This document shows, piece after piece, positions 49,981 through 61,259 of a stretch of DNA of 64,000 bases; position 1 is the first letter of the stretch; every line of letters starts with the position of its first letter. The notes below the pieces were generated by a model that made no database searches, was not told the DNA's origin, and saw only the letters and a program-made list of their open reading frames with translations. The translations under genes were made by a program, and so were the position numbers. The stretch comes from Scyliorhinus canicula (Eukaryota), in assembly GCF_902713615.1 (NCBI RefSeq), contig NC_052146.1:295252000-295315999 (forward strand), read 5' to 3'.

Positions 49981-50212
49981 CAGTAAGAAGTCTTACAACA
50001 CCAGGTTAAAGTCCAACAGGTTTGTTTCAAACACGAGCTTTCGGAGCGCAGCTCCTTCCTCAGGTGAATGGAGAGGTATGTCTCTCCATTCACCTGAGGA
50101 AGGAGCTGCGCTCCGAAAGCTCGTGTTTGAAACAAACCTGTTGGACTTTAACCTGGTGTTGTAAGACTTCTTACTGTGCTCACCCCAGTCCAACGCCGGC
50201 ATCTCCACATCA
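49981..50212. mobile_element. Palindromic Penelope terminal-repeat insertion with two opposite-strand hammerhead motifs
   Basis: 95-bp arms at 49981-50075 and 50082-50176 with a 6-nt loop; TSD TTAAATATGTTCA (49970-49982 and 50213-50225). Confidence 0.85.
50089..50131 (+). ncRNA. Minimal hammerhead ribozyme motif (mirror copy at 50026-50068 on the minus strand)
   Basis: cac-CTGAGGA-A-GGAGC(TGC)GCTCC-GAAA-GCTC-gtg. Confidence 0.75.
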
Positions 50213-51189
50213 TTAAATATGTTCAACAATGGAGCATCCACAATCCTTTGGGGTAGATAATTCCAATGATTCACAAGTGAAGAAATTACCCACTCAACCT
50301 TAAATAACTTGCCTGTTATTCTGAGACTACCCCGATTTTCTAAATTCCTCAGCCAGAAGAAAAAACTTTTTACTGTCCACCCTGATAAGCCCCTTCAGAA
50401 TCTTGTGTGTTTCAGTCAGATCACCTCTCATTCTTCTAAACTTTAGAGAATGTCAATCTGATTTAATAAGCCTCTCATCATATAACCTCTCATCTCATGG
50501 ATCAATCTAGTGAACCTTCAATATACTGCCTTCATTGCAAATATATCCTTCCTTAAATTTGGAAACCAAAACTGCACACAGTACTCCAGATCCCTGTACA
50601 ATTGTAGCAAGACAAATTTATTCTTGTATATCAATCACCTTGCAATAAAAGTCAAAATGTCATTTGCTTTCCTAATTTTTGCTGTACCTGCATGCTAACT
50701 TGGTCTTCTTTGAATGGCTGCACCAAGTCCCTTTGAACATTAATATTCACAAGTTTCACACCTTTTAAAAACATTCTGCTTTTCTTATGAACAAAATGAA
50801 TAACCTCAGGCCTCTCCACATCTATCACCTGAATGCCTACTTAACCTGTCTATATCTCGGCAGCTTTTTTTTTGAGTCCTCCTCGCAGCTCACATTACAA
50901 CCTAACTTTATCTAGTCAGCACACCTAAATAGATTACTCCCTATCTCTACATCCATATCATTAATATAGATTGTAAATAGCCGAGGCCCCAGCACTGATC
51001 CTTTCATCACTGCAGTCACAGCCTACCACATTAAAAATGCCCAATGCCTTCTCATCTGTTAACTAATCCTCCATCAATGCCAACAGATTACTCCTGACTC
51101 CTTAGATTCTCTGCCCCGCCGCACCACATTTGTTTTATCCCACCTGCGGGATGCTCCGTTACGCTGGCTGGTCAATGGGGTTTCCCATT

Positions 51190-51872
51190 AGATAGATAGA
51201 TAGAGAAATACAGCACAGAACAGGCCCTTCGGCCCACGATGTTGCGCCGAACTTTTGTCCTAGGTTAATCATAGAATTTTGGACAATTTGTCATGGCCAA
51301 TCCACCCAACCTGCACATCTTTGGACTGTGGGAGGAAACCGGAGTACCCGGAGGAAACCCACGCAGTCACGGGGAGGATGTGCAGACTCCACACAGACAG
51401 TGACCCAAGTCGAAATCGAACTTGGGACCCTGGAGCTGTGAAGCAATTGTGCTATCCACAATGCTACCGTGCTGCCCTTAAGAAGTTAACCTACACTCCC
51501 TTATTCTACCCTAATCCAAGTACCTATCCAATAGCCGTTTGAAGGTCCATAAATTTTCCGACTCAACTACTACCACAGGCAGTGCATTCCATGCCCCCAC
51601 TACTCTCTGGGTAAAGAACCTACCTCTGACATCCCCTCTATATCTTCCACCATTTATCTTAAATTTATGTCCCCTTGTAATGGTGTGTTCCACCCGGGGA
51701 AAAAGTCTCTGACTATCTACTCTATCTATTCCCCTGATCATCTTATAAACCTCTATCAAGTCGCCCCTCATCCTTCTCCGTTCTAATGAGAAAAGGCCTA
51801 GCACCCTCAACCTTTCCTCATAAGACCTACTCTCCATTCCAGGCAACATCCTGGTAAATCTCCTTTGCACCT
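51190..51872 (-). mobile_element. CR1 3' fragment with nested SINE, inserted in a GC-rich MITE
   Basis: ORF 51511..52032 EKVQRRFTRMLPG...RGDLIEVYK. MITE halves at about 51100-51189 and 51873-51959. Confidence 0.8.
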
Positions 51873-53305
51873 TTTCCATTGTGGGGCAGCCCCACGCCGT
51901 CGGGAAACCCCTGGGCTGCCGGCAAAATGGAGCATCCCACCGGTGGAGAATCCAGCCCCTTATCTTTTTTTTAAAAAATGTTATTTTAAGGGGCAATTTC
52001 GCACATCTTTGGGTTGTGGGGACGAGACTCATCAGACATGGGGAGAATGTGCAAACTCCACACAGTCAGTGACCCGGGGCCGGCATCAAACCCGGGTCCT
52101 TGGCGCCGCAAAGCAACAGTGCTAACCCAGTGCCACTGTGCCGCCCCCTCAGTGCCAGTCTTACTGACAAAAAGCTTATTTTAAAAACTTTTCCTTTTTG
52201 GTAAATACAACTGGCAAAATAGTAAAATGATTTTAAGGTGAGTTCGAATAATTATTGTATCATCATATCCCTTAAGTACAAAAATCAACAGATCAAGATT
52301 CCTGATCTTATTTGTTCGAAATAAACAATGGATAGCTGAACTTGTGGCATTGTGGCTGCCGATGATTGGGAATTCTGCTCATTATTTTGTACAAAAAGCC
52401 ATGCTATTCTTCAAAATCTTTTAAAAAAAAAACAAAACAATTTAGAGTGCCCAATTCTTTTTTTCCAATTAAGGGGCAATTTATTGTGGCCAATCCACAT
52501 ACCCTGCAAATTTATAGATTGAGGGGTGAAACTCGTGCAGACATGGGGAGAATTTGCAAACTCCACACAGGCAGTGACCGGGATCAAAGTGACCCGGGTC
52601 CTCAGCGCCGCAGGCAGTAGTGCTAACCAATGTGCAACCATGCCGCCTGGCTATTCTTCAAAATCTGAATTCTATCTTCACACAATGCAAGACAGTAATT
52701 CTTCATGTTATGTAATAAGAATAATCTTTATTAGTGTCACAAGTAGGCTTACATTAACATTGCAATGAAGTTACTGTGAAAATCCCCTAGTCGTCACATT
52801 CTGGCGCCTGTTCGGATACACTGACGGAGAATTCAGAATGTCCAATTCACCTAACAGCACGTCTTTCTGGGCTTGTGGGAGGAAACCGGAGCCCCCGAAA
52901 GAAACCCACGCAGACACATGTAGAACGTGCAGACTCCGCACAGAAAGTATCCCAAGCCAGGAATCTAACCCGGGTCCCTGCTGCTGTGAAGCAACAGTGT
53001 GAACCACTGTGCTACCTTGCCCATGATATGCATGAAGTCACTGAATGATTTTGACCATAAACAGCACACAGGTGGTTGTTCAATACAGATTTTGAAGTTT
53101 ACATTTGATTGTCTTTATGATCAGAAAGATACATCACATCTTGCATATTTACTGATAGTTGTTAAAATCTTTCAGGAGCTGGTTCTGGAAAGTGTGTGTC
53201 AGTGCAAACCGCAAAAGTTTTGTCAGATAGAACAATGTCAGATGGCTTGTGAACCAGTTGTTTATCAATTCTGTACTTGTGCTTTTAGATGTTTGCAACA
53301 TATGC

Positions 53306-53412
53306 TTATGCACTCAATTTGAGCTGTTGAAAGATGCAGGCTGTAAACTGTTCCACCATCCATCCAACGATAATGACAGACAATGCAAACCTCCTGGTGC
53401 TATTCAGCACCA
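53306..53412 (-). CDS. arv1: ARV1, last coding exon (exon 5)
   Basis: tcttacag|(V)VLNSTRRFALSVIIVGWMVEQFTACIFQQLKLSA*; phase 1 matches exon 4. Aligns with human [21 protein letters not shown]. Confidence 0.85.
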
Positions 53413-53670
53413 CTGTAAGAGAAAACAATCCGTTAGAATACATTAAAATAAACACAGGACAGGAACATAACTATGTAACAAATGACATGTATATTGTTAC
53501 ATTGGACCTTGAACTTAAATGAAGAGTTAGGATTTGAATTAGTTGGTCCCATGTAATTTCTTTTAATTTTTTATAAATTTAAGAGTATTCAATTCTTTTT
53601 TTCCCCCCAGTCAAGGGGCACTTTAGCGTGGCCAAAAATTAAAAGATGGTGCTCTGTTATTATAGGAAGG

Positions 53671-53997
53671 CATGATGTGGAGACGCCGGCGTTGGACTGG
53701 GGTGAGCACAGTAAGAAGTCTTACACCAGGTCAAAGTCCAACATGTTTGTTTCAAACACTACCTTTCAGAGCACTTCACACCTCTTTAACCTGGGGTTAC
53801 CCCTCTCTCCGGATCTGTAAAGATTTAATCACCTGCTAATGCTTGCATTCTAAGCATTGTCCGGCATCTTTGAATTTGTCTATATATATGTTTCTGGAAC
53901 ATACCTCTTCATTCACCTGAGGAAGGAGCAGTGCTCCGAAAGCTAGTGTTTGAAACAAACATGTTGGACTTTAACCTGGTGTTGTAAGACTTCTTAC
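53671..53997. mobile_element. Penelope terminal repeats in inverted arrangement with an intact hammerhead (53912-53954, +)
   Basis: TSD TATTATAGGAAGG (53658-53670 and 53998-54010); cac-CTGAGGA-AGGAGCAGTGCTCC-GAAA-GCTA-gtg. Confidence 0.8.
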
Positions 53998-55235
53998 TAT
54001 TATAGGAAGGTGTAGGGCAGCATGGTGGCATTGTGGTTAGCACTGCTGCCTCACGGCACCAAGGTCCCAGGTACGATCCTGGCCCTGGGTCACTCTGTAC
54101 GTGTGGAGTTTGCACATTCTCCCCGTGTTTGCGTGGGTTTCGCCCCCACAACCCAAAGATGTGCAATGTAGGTGGATTGGCCACAATAAATTGCCCCTTA
54201 ATTGGAAAAAATGAATTGGGTACTCTAAATTTATAAAAGAAAAATTATAGGAAGGTGTAAAGGTAAAAATTAGTTGTTGACATGAGAAACATAGAAAGAA
54301 GGAATGTGCCGCCCCAGGTACAAAATATTTTAATGAAAAACTCATCCAAGTTCTTTGTCCTTTGAGTGCAGGCAGATGCAGAACACATTTTTTCAACATG
54401 AAAATTGAAGCTTGGAAAAGGGTACCACAATCTAACCTGAAGTCAGACTCAGGCACTGCAAAACTAGAAAGGAATGACTAATGAAAATCTGATTTCTGCA
54501 CAAATCATAAATATTCATAGATTTAAAAAAATAAACCTGCAGTTTTTCCACTTAGATTTTAATGATGCAAGTTATCCGATAGCTGTTCCTGAAAACCATT
54601 TAACGTAATTTACAGTAAATACAAATCTATTGCTATCACAATTTTGAATTCACAGTAAGCATGAACTGCAAGATGTGCTACAAGGGGAATTGGACATTCT
54701 CAATTCTCCCTCTGTATGACCGAACAGGCGCCGGAGTGTGGCGACTTCCACAGTAACTTCTGCGGTGTTTATTATTTATTTTAAAAAAACTTTAGAGTAT
54801 CCAATTAATTTTTTGCAATTAAGGGACAATTTAGAGTGGCCAATCCACCTACCCTGCACATCTTTGGGTTGTAGGGGTAAAACCCACGCAAACACGGGGA
54901 GAATGTGCAAACTCAAGACTGACCGTGATCCAGAGCCGGGATTGAACCTGGCACCTCAGCACCATGAGGCAGCAGTGCAAACCACTGCACCTCCATGCTG
55001 TCCTCTTATTGTTGTGTTAATGTAAGGCTGCTTGTGACAATAATAAAGATTATTATTTTTGTACAGAAATTAAATTTACCGCATTCCAGATCTTCCTAAA
55101 AAGTTGATCAGGGAGGTGGATAAGTCAGAGATGGATGCTATTAAAAAAAATAATAGTGCTTTCATATCAACTGCCTTCATTCATTTTAAATGGTAAAATA
55201 AAAATATCTGCAGATAAATTTAACACAATTTGAAA

Positions 55236-55646
55236 CTATTATTTTCATTAGAAAGACGGAGGTTGAGGGGGGACCACATTGAGGTCTACAAAATCATGAG
55301 AGGTATAGACAGGGTGGATAGCAAGAAGCCTTTTCCCAGACTGGGGGACTCAATTACTAGGGGCCACGCGTTCAAGGTGAGAGGGGAAAAGTTTAAGGGA
55401 GATATGCGTGGAAAGTTCTTTACGCAGAGGATGGTGGGTGGCTGGAACGCATTGCCGGCGGAGGTGGTAGAGGCGGGCACGATAGCGTCATTTAAGATGT
55501 ATCTCGACAGATACATGAATGGACAGGGAGCAGCGGGATACAGAGCCTCAGAAAATAGGCGACAGTTTTAGATAGAGGATCTGGATCGGTGCAGGCTTGG
55601 AGGGCTGAAGGGCCTGTTCCTGTGCTGTCATTTTTCTTTGTTCTTT
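55236..55646 (+). mobile_element. CR1 3' end fragment in ARV1 intron
   Basis: LFSLERRRLRGDHIEVYKIMRG (ORF 55230..55571) plus CR1 tail. Confidence 0.85.
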
Positions 55647-55768
55647 AGTTATGGAAACTTATCTTTACATTGTAAGCTCATTGGATTTCACAGAATGAAA
55701 GTTAACACAGAAGACTATGACATTTCTTCAAAATATGTTAATTAGTTCATCTGATATGAGCAGGTTAC

Positions 55769-55993
55769 CTCTGACAGCTTGTGCATTTGATGCAAGAACA
55801 AAGAATTTGATGAGGTTAATGTATAGTGGTGAGTAGTCATGCTCCCAGATCACTGCTGGAATCACAAGGAGTTTCCCGTAACCAGACAATATTAAAGCTA
55901 TGAGTAAAGTGTTCCGATTTGATTTTTTCTGGATGAACTCATCTTTCGTTAACCACAAGAAAAGAAATGCTCCACTCAGGAATGCTGCCAGCT
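55769..55993 (-). CDS. arv1: ARV1 exon 4
   Basis: ttctag|(E)LAAFLSGAFLFLW...LILSGYGKLLVIPAVIWEHDYSPLYINLIKFFVLASNAQAVR-G|gtaacc; 225 nt, phase 1/1. Confidence 0.95.
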
Positions 55994-57726
55994 CTAGAAA
56001 TAAAAACAATTACAGCATACATCTTTTGTGGCAGGGCTTTTGCAAATTGTTCTCTTTTTTAAAAAAAACTTTCACTTATATACTGCTTTTAACATTGTAA
56101 ACATACCAGGCTGCTTCACAGGAGCATTAGCAAATTAAAACTCAACACAGAGCCACATCAGGAGATAATAGGTCAGGCGTCCAAATGTTTGGTAGCTTTT
56201 CAGTTGTGTCTTAACGGAGAGAGAGGGTTGAAAGGTTATGGAAGGAAATTCCAGTGGTTAGGACTGAGACAGCTGAAGGCACTGCTGTCAATGTTGCAGT
56301 GATTAAAATCTGGGAGGCACAAGTGGCCAAAATTGGAGTAATGCAGGGATCTCAGATGTTTGTGGAATTGGAGGAGGTTACAGAAATGAGGACGGTCATG
56401 CCGATGAAGGGATTTGTAAACAACACTGAGAATTTGAAAATCAAGTTGGACCAGGGCCAATATTGGCACAGGGGTGATGGGTGAATGCGACTTTGTGCAT
56501 TCAGATACAGGGAGGAAAATTTTTAGATGATCTCAAGTTTATGGAGACTGGAAGGTAAGAAGCTAACCAGGAGAGCATTGGAACTTTCTAGTCTAGAGGC
56601 AACAAAGGCATGGATGAAGGGTTCAGTGGATGAGCTGAAGCTGGGGGCAGAGGTGGCCAATGTTATTGTGGTAGAAGGAGGTAGCATTAATTATGGAGTG
56701 GATTCGTAATTGGAAGCTTAGCATCAAATAAAATGGTCTGGTTGAAGAATAGAATCAGTGACTAAGGAATGAAGTATGTGGCAGTTACTAAAGACAATGA
56801 GTTAAATCTACTCAATATTTTGGGGAGGAAATTTATACTCATCTGGTATTGGATGTCAGAAAAATTGAGACACACATTAGACAGTGGAGGAGCCAAAAAA
56901 TGTAGTCGGGAGGTAGAGCTGAGAGTCATCGTTTTATGATGTTTTTGGACGATGTCGCCAAGTAATAAGTAAATGAGAGTTTGGGTGGGGCTGCAGAGGT
57001 AATAATGAGCAGGAAGAGAAGCAAACACAGGTAATTATCTGGCTATGAATAGTTCGGCAATGCCAGGTTAAGGTGTAGCTCTTACAAAGTATAACTCATG
57101 ATTCAATTCAGCTTTTGAAAGTGTCTATTCCTCATTTAAATTATCTGATAATGTGAATTTTTGTGAGACAATTCCTGTTTTGAATTATTTGCACAGCTTA
57201 ATTCAAGTTAGTGAATAATTTAGATTTTTTTTGTGTGAGAAAAGCAACATTGTTGTAGTTTTTCTTTTATTGTCCACTTGCTTTGTCCAAGTCACATTAA
57301 ATATGGTCAAGCTGGGGTGGGTGATCTGCATATCATGTTTGCAACAATGTTGCTTAAAGCCCACTGTTAGGAAGGCAATTGTGTTCTCGTTGACTTTTTG
57401 TCACTTATAGAAGCATGGGAAAGTGTTTGTGTAATTCAAAAGCATGCAGGATCAAATGTACATTTTCTATTTGGGATGTGTGGGAGAATGTAAATGATGA
57501 AATGGGGACAAAGAGAAAATGAGAGCTGAACGTATCACAATTTGCTTCAATCAAATTGGGCTTTATTTTATTAAACAAAAATAGGGTATATATAACACAC
57601 ATTATATCTGCTCAATACAAGAGAAACATGGTTCCTTCCAGTCCAAATGACAGATATTATTTCACTCAAGAAAGATGACCATTTAAGATGATTTTTCTTA
57701 TACAGTAAAACAAAAAGTGATCTTAC

Positions 57727-57880
57727 CCAAACTAGCTAATCCAAACATTTGGTAAAAGTCCCATTCTTTGGCATAACGAATTATATCTGTAGGATCAATA
57801 GTTTGTTGTGAATCTTGTAGCTGTGACCACCTAAGATATGCTTCACACAACAAGCAGAATATACACAGCTTCCAATGAAT
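57727..57880 (-). CDS. arv1: ARV1 exon 3
   Basis: cttcag|[52 protein letters not shown]|gtaaga; 154 nt, phase 0/1. Confidence 0.95.
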
Positions 57881-58392
57881 CTGAAGGAAAAGGTTGTTAA
57901 AAAAAAACATTGAATTAACCATGCTAATATTGCAAAAGGTGAAACTAAAAGAATTATGCATGACTAATGGAAACCTAAGAAGGATGCTGGAGGGCACTTG
58001 GTGCCTTCTAACCACAAACTCAGTAGAGTCAATGCCTTCAGGAGGAAAGGATCGAAAATTGTGAAGGCAAAAAAAACAGCATGCCGGCACTGAGGACACA
58101 GGTTCAATCCCAACCCCGGGTCACTGTCCGTGTGAAGTTTGCACATTCTCCCCGTGTCTGCGTGGGTCTCACCCCGCAACCCAAAGATGTTCAGACTGGG
58201 TGGATTGGCTACACTAAATTGCCCCTTAATTGGAAAATGATTGGGTACTCTAAATTTTATAAAAAGTAGTCACCTTTTTCTGGCAAGTATCAGTCGCATG
58301 ATGCACAAAAGGGACACTTGTATTGTATTTTATTGTATTGTAATTACCAAGGAATTAATTGTGAAGCAATACTACAATTTAAAGGTACTTAC

Positions 58393-58512
58393 ATTAATCT
58401 TGGTGTTGAGGATTATATGTCTATAAGCTTGAACTTTACACAAGATTGCATCAATGAGAATAATCACTGGGTCATATTCAATGTACTTGTCAACCGGTTT
58501 CTGGCATGATTT
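58393..58512 (-). CDS. arv1: ARV1 exon 2 (not in ORF track)
   Basis: ttccag|[40 protein letters not shown]|gtaagt; 120 nt, phase 0/0. ARV1 homology domain. Confidence 0.95.
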
Positions 58513-59039
58513 CTGGAAGTAAAAGTTAAAATTATTTTTCAGTCCTGCTGATCATTAATTGTTAGGTTCACATTTACTGGATGACATTTATGGATTGAAA
58601 GAAGAATTATGAGTGCTACTGTGACCCTAGAGCTATAATGTCATCCATTCATGACAAAAAGCATGTTGATGAAATGAATTAAGAACATAAAAATGTAAGA
58701 CATAAGAGTAGATAATTACTAAAGTTAAAAAATGTAACATTGTGCAATAAGTTGTAACCTTATTTCACATGAAAAATAAAATGGATGTGGACTTTTATGC
58801 AACACAAAGGCCAAAATCTTAATTACGTGCCACTCTTCCATTTGGGGGGTAAGGAATCTGTTTATTTTTAAAACTAGTTCCTGGCATAAGGGAATGCTGT
58901 GTTATGATGCTGTTTTTTGCAGAAGACCTGAAACACTCCATGTGCCTTGTCCATAACAAAGATCAGTGTTCTCCCAGCAGCTGGGTCAAGATTTACCCTA
59001 AATCAACTTCATCTAACCAGATTAACTGACTTAGAAACC

Positions 59040-59260
59040 GATAAGCTCAGCAGTTCTGGCAGCATCTGCATAGAGAGAAACACAGTTAACGCTTCAAGTC
59101 CAGTATGACTCCTCTTCAGAGCAACTCTGAAGAGTCGTCACCCTGGGCTCGAAGCATTAACTATGTTTCTCTCTCCACAGATACTGCCGGACCTACTGAG
59201 TCTATTTTCATTTTCTGTTTTTAGTTCAGATTACCAGCATCTACAGCAACTTGCTTTTCA
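59040..59260. mobile_element. Head-to-head Penelope terminal repeats (third type, degenerate hammerheads)
   Basis: Inverted pair centred on CTCTTCAGAG-caa-CTCTGAAGAG. Each arm has GTTAAC...TCTCTC...CAGATGCTGCC, as at about 12030, 15310, 15700, 16045, 44630 and 49680. Confidence 0.65.
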
Positions 59261-59287
59261 ATAAAAATTCAAATTAACTGATTACCA

Positions 59288-59460
59288 GGGGCTGGTTTAG
59301 CACAATGGGCTAAATCGCTGGCTTGCAATGCAGAACAATGCCAGCATTGCGGGTTCAATTCCCATGCCGGCCTCCCCAAACAGGCGCCGGAATGTGGCGA
59401 CTTGGGGCTTTTCACAGTAACTTCATTGAAGTTAAGTGATAATAAGCAATTATTTATTTT
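59288..59460 (+). mobile_element. Short tRNA-head SINE lacking the V domain
   Basis: GGGGCTGGTTTAGCAC...GGTTCAATTCCC head joined directly to the CAGGCGCCGGAATGTGGCGACT...CACAGTAACTTCATTG tail. A second copy at 60556-61010 is split by a V-SINE. Confidence 0.7.
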
Positions 59461-61259
59461 TATTTATTTGTCTCACTGTTGTTTGTGAACCTTACTGTGC
59501 ATGCATTGGCTGTCAGTTTTCCTCACTTAGCTGTTCAAAGAAATAGAACAACCTGGCTGTGAAGCACATTGGGGCATTTTGAAGTTTGAAAGGTGTTACA
59601 TAAGTGCAATTTCTTTCTTTTGAAAACATCTGGTGGGGGTGGGTTACTTAACTAGACCAGCAATATCAATGAAGTAGCTATAATAATGGGGTAGAATCTG
59701 TGACAAATTGATTACCTCCTGATGCTCAGTGCTTTTCCACTGCCTAAAGAGTCATGATAGATATTTGATGGAATACTCACGAGTCACCTGGAATGGTGCA
59801 GGTGCAAAAAACACTCAAGAAACTTAATCATTCTGGACAAACCAATCTGGATAATCAATGTCCCAACTGCTGAACCGAATATGCCTCTACCTCCCCATCA
59901 TTTGAGTCACATATCACTGCTGACCTGGACCTAGATAAAGATACAACCTGCATTCATCAAATGCCTTTCATGTCCTCCACAATGCATTACAGTCAGCAAA
60001 GTACTTTTTGGAAGTGTAGTTACTGTTGTGAATAAGAGCTTAGATACAGGAGTAGGCCATTTCACCCCTCATGCCTGTTCCGGTGTCACTCATTACGGCT
60101 GATCTGTGACTTAACTCCATGTACCCATCTTTGCCCATATCCTTTGGTAACTTAACAAAAATGATCAATCCCAACTTTAAAATTAAGTGATCTAACAGCA
60201 ATTACAATTTTCAGAAGTGAATCTCAAACTAAAAGTATAAAACATGCAGCCAATTTTCACAAAGCTAAATTCCACAAACAAAATATATGGCCAAATAATC
60301 TATTATGTTGTTTGAGGATACATTTTGGCCTGGAAGCTGGTGATAATTCTCCTCCCCACTTTTAACAGTGCCGTGGATCCTTTACATCATGATGTCTATC
60401 CAGAAAGGGCACCTCCAACAGTGCAACACTTCCTCAGTACTGTACTGGAGTGTTAGCCTAAATTATGTGCTCAAAGACCCACAACTCAAGAGACAAGAGT
60501 GTTTATCCACTAAACCACAGCTGACACTGTTGCTGGATCTGTATTCTGGAACACAGTGTTTAGCTCACCAGGCTAAATCGCTGGCTTTTAAAGCAGACCA
60601 AGCAGGCCAGCAGCACGGTTCGATTCCCGTACCAGCCTCCCCGGACAGGCGCCGGAATAGAATAGAATAGAATAGAACAGTACAGCACAGAACAGGCCCT
60701 TCGGCCCTCAATGTTGTGCCGAGCCATGATCACCCTACTCAAACCCACGTATCCACCCTATACCCGTAACCCAACAACCCCCCCCCCCCCTTAACCTTAC
60801 TTTTATTAGGACACTACGGGCAATTTAGCATGGCCAATCCACCTAACCCGCACATCTTTGGACTGTGGGAGGAAACCGGAGCACCCGGAGGAAACCCACG
60901 CACACAGGGGGAGGACGTGCAGACTCCACACATGTGGAATGTGGCGACTAGGGGCTTTTCACAGTAACTTCATTGAAGCCTACTCGTGACAATAAGCGAT
61001 TTTCATTTCATTTTAATTTCAGTTGTAAGAACACCATGATTACAAGGACTCTGAACATTTAAGGAGATGGTCCATCACCAGCTTCTCAGGTCAAAGAGAT
61101 AAGCAATGGTTAAATCTAGGTACAAGATCCCCAAAACAAAGGGGTAAAACTGCATGACTTTAAATGTTTCCAAAACAACAGTGGGGAGAATTTTGTTTTG
61201 CATTCATACCATCAGTTAATGCTGACCTAGCCAGCGACACCATATGGTAGATTGGTACA

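Noticed and set aside
938-58269. Many recurring short ORFs (MANPPNLHIFGLW..., CGVCTFSPCLRGFPPG...)
   Set aside because: Conceptual translations of V-SINE copies.
900-61010. tRNA genes
   Set aside because: The A/B-box sequences are SINE heads that run into SINE bodies; no complete cloverleaf was seen.
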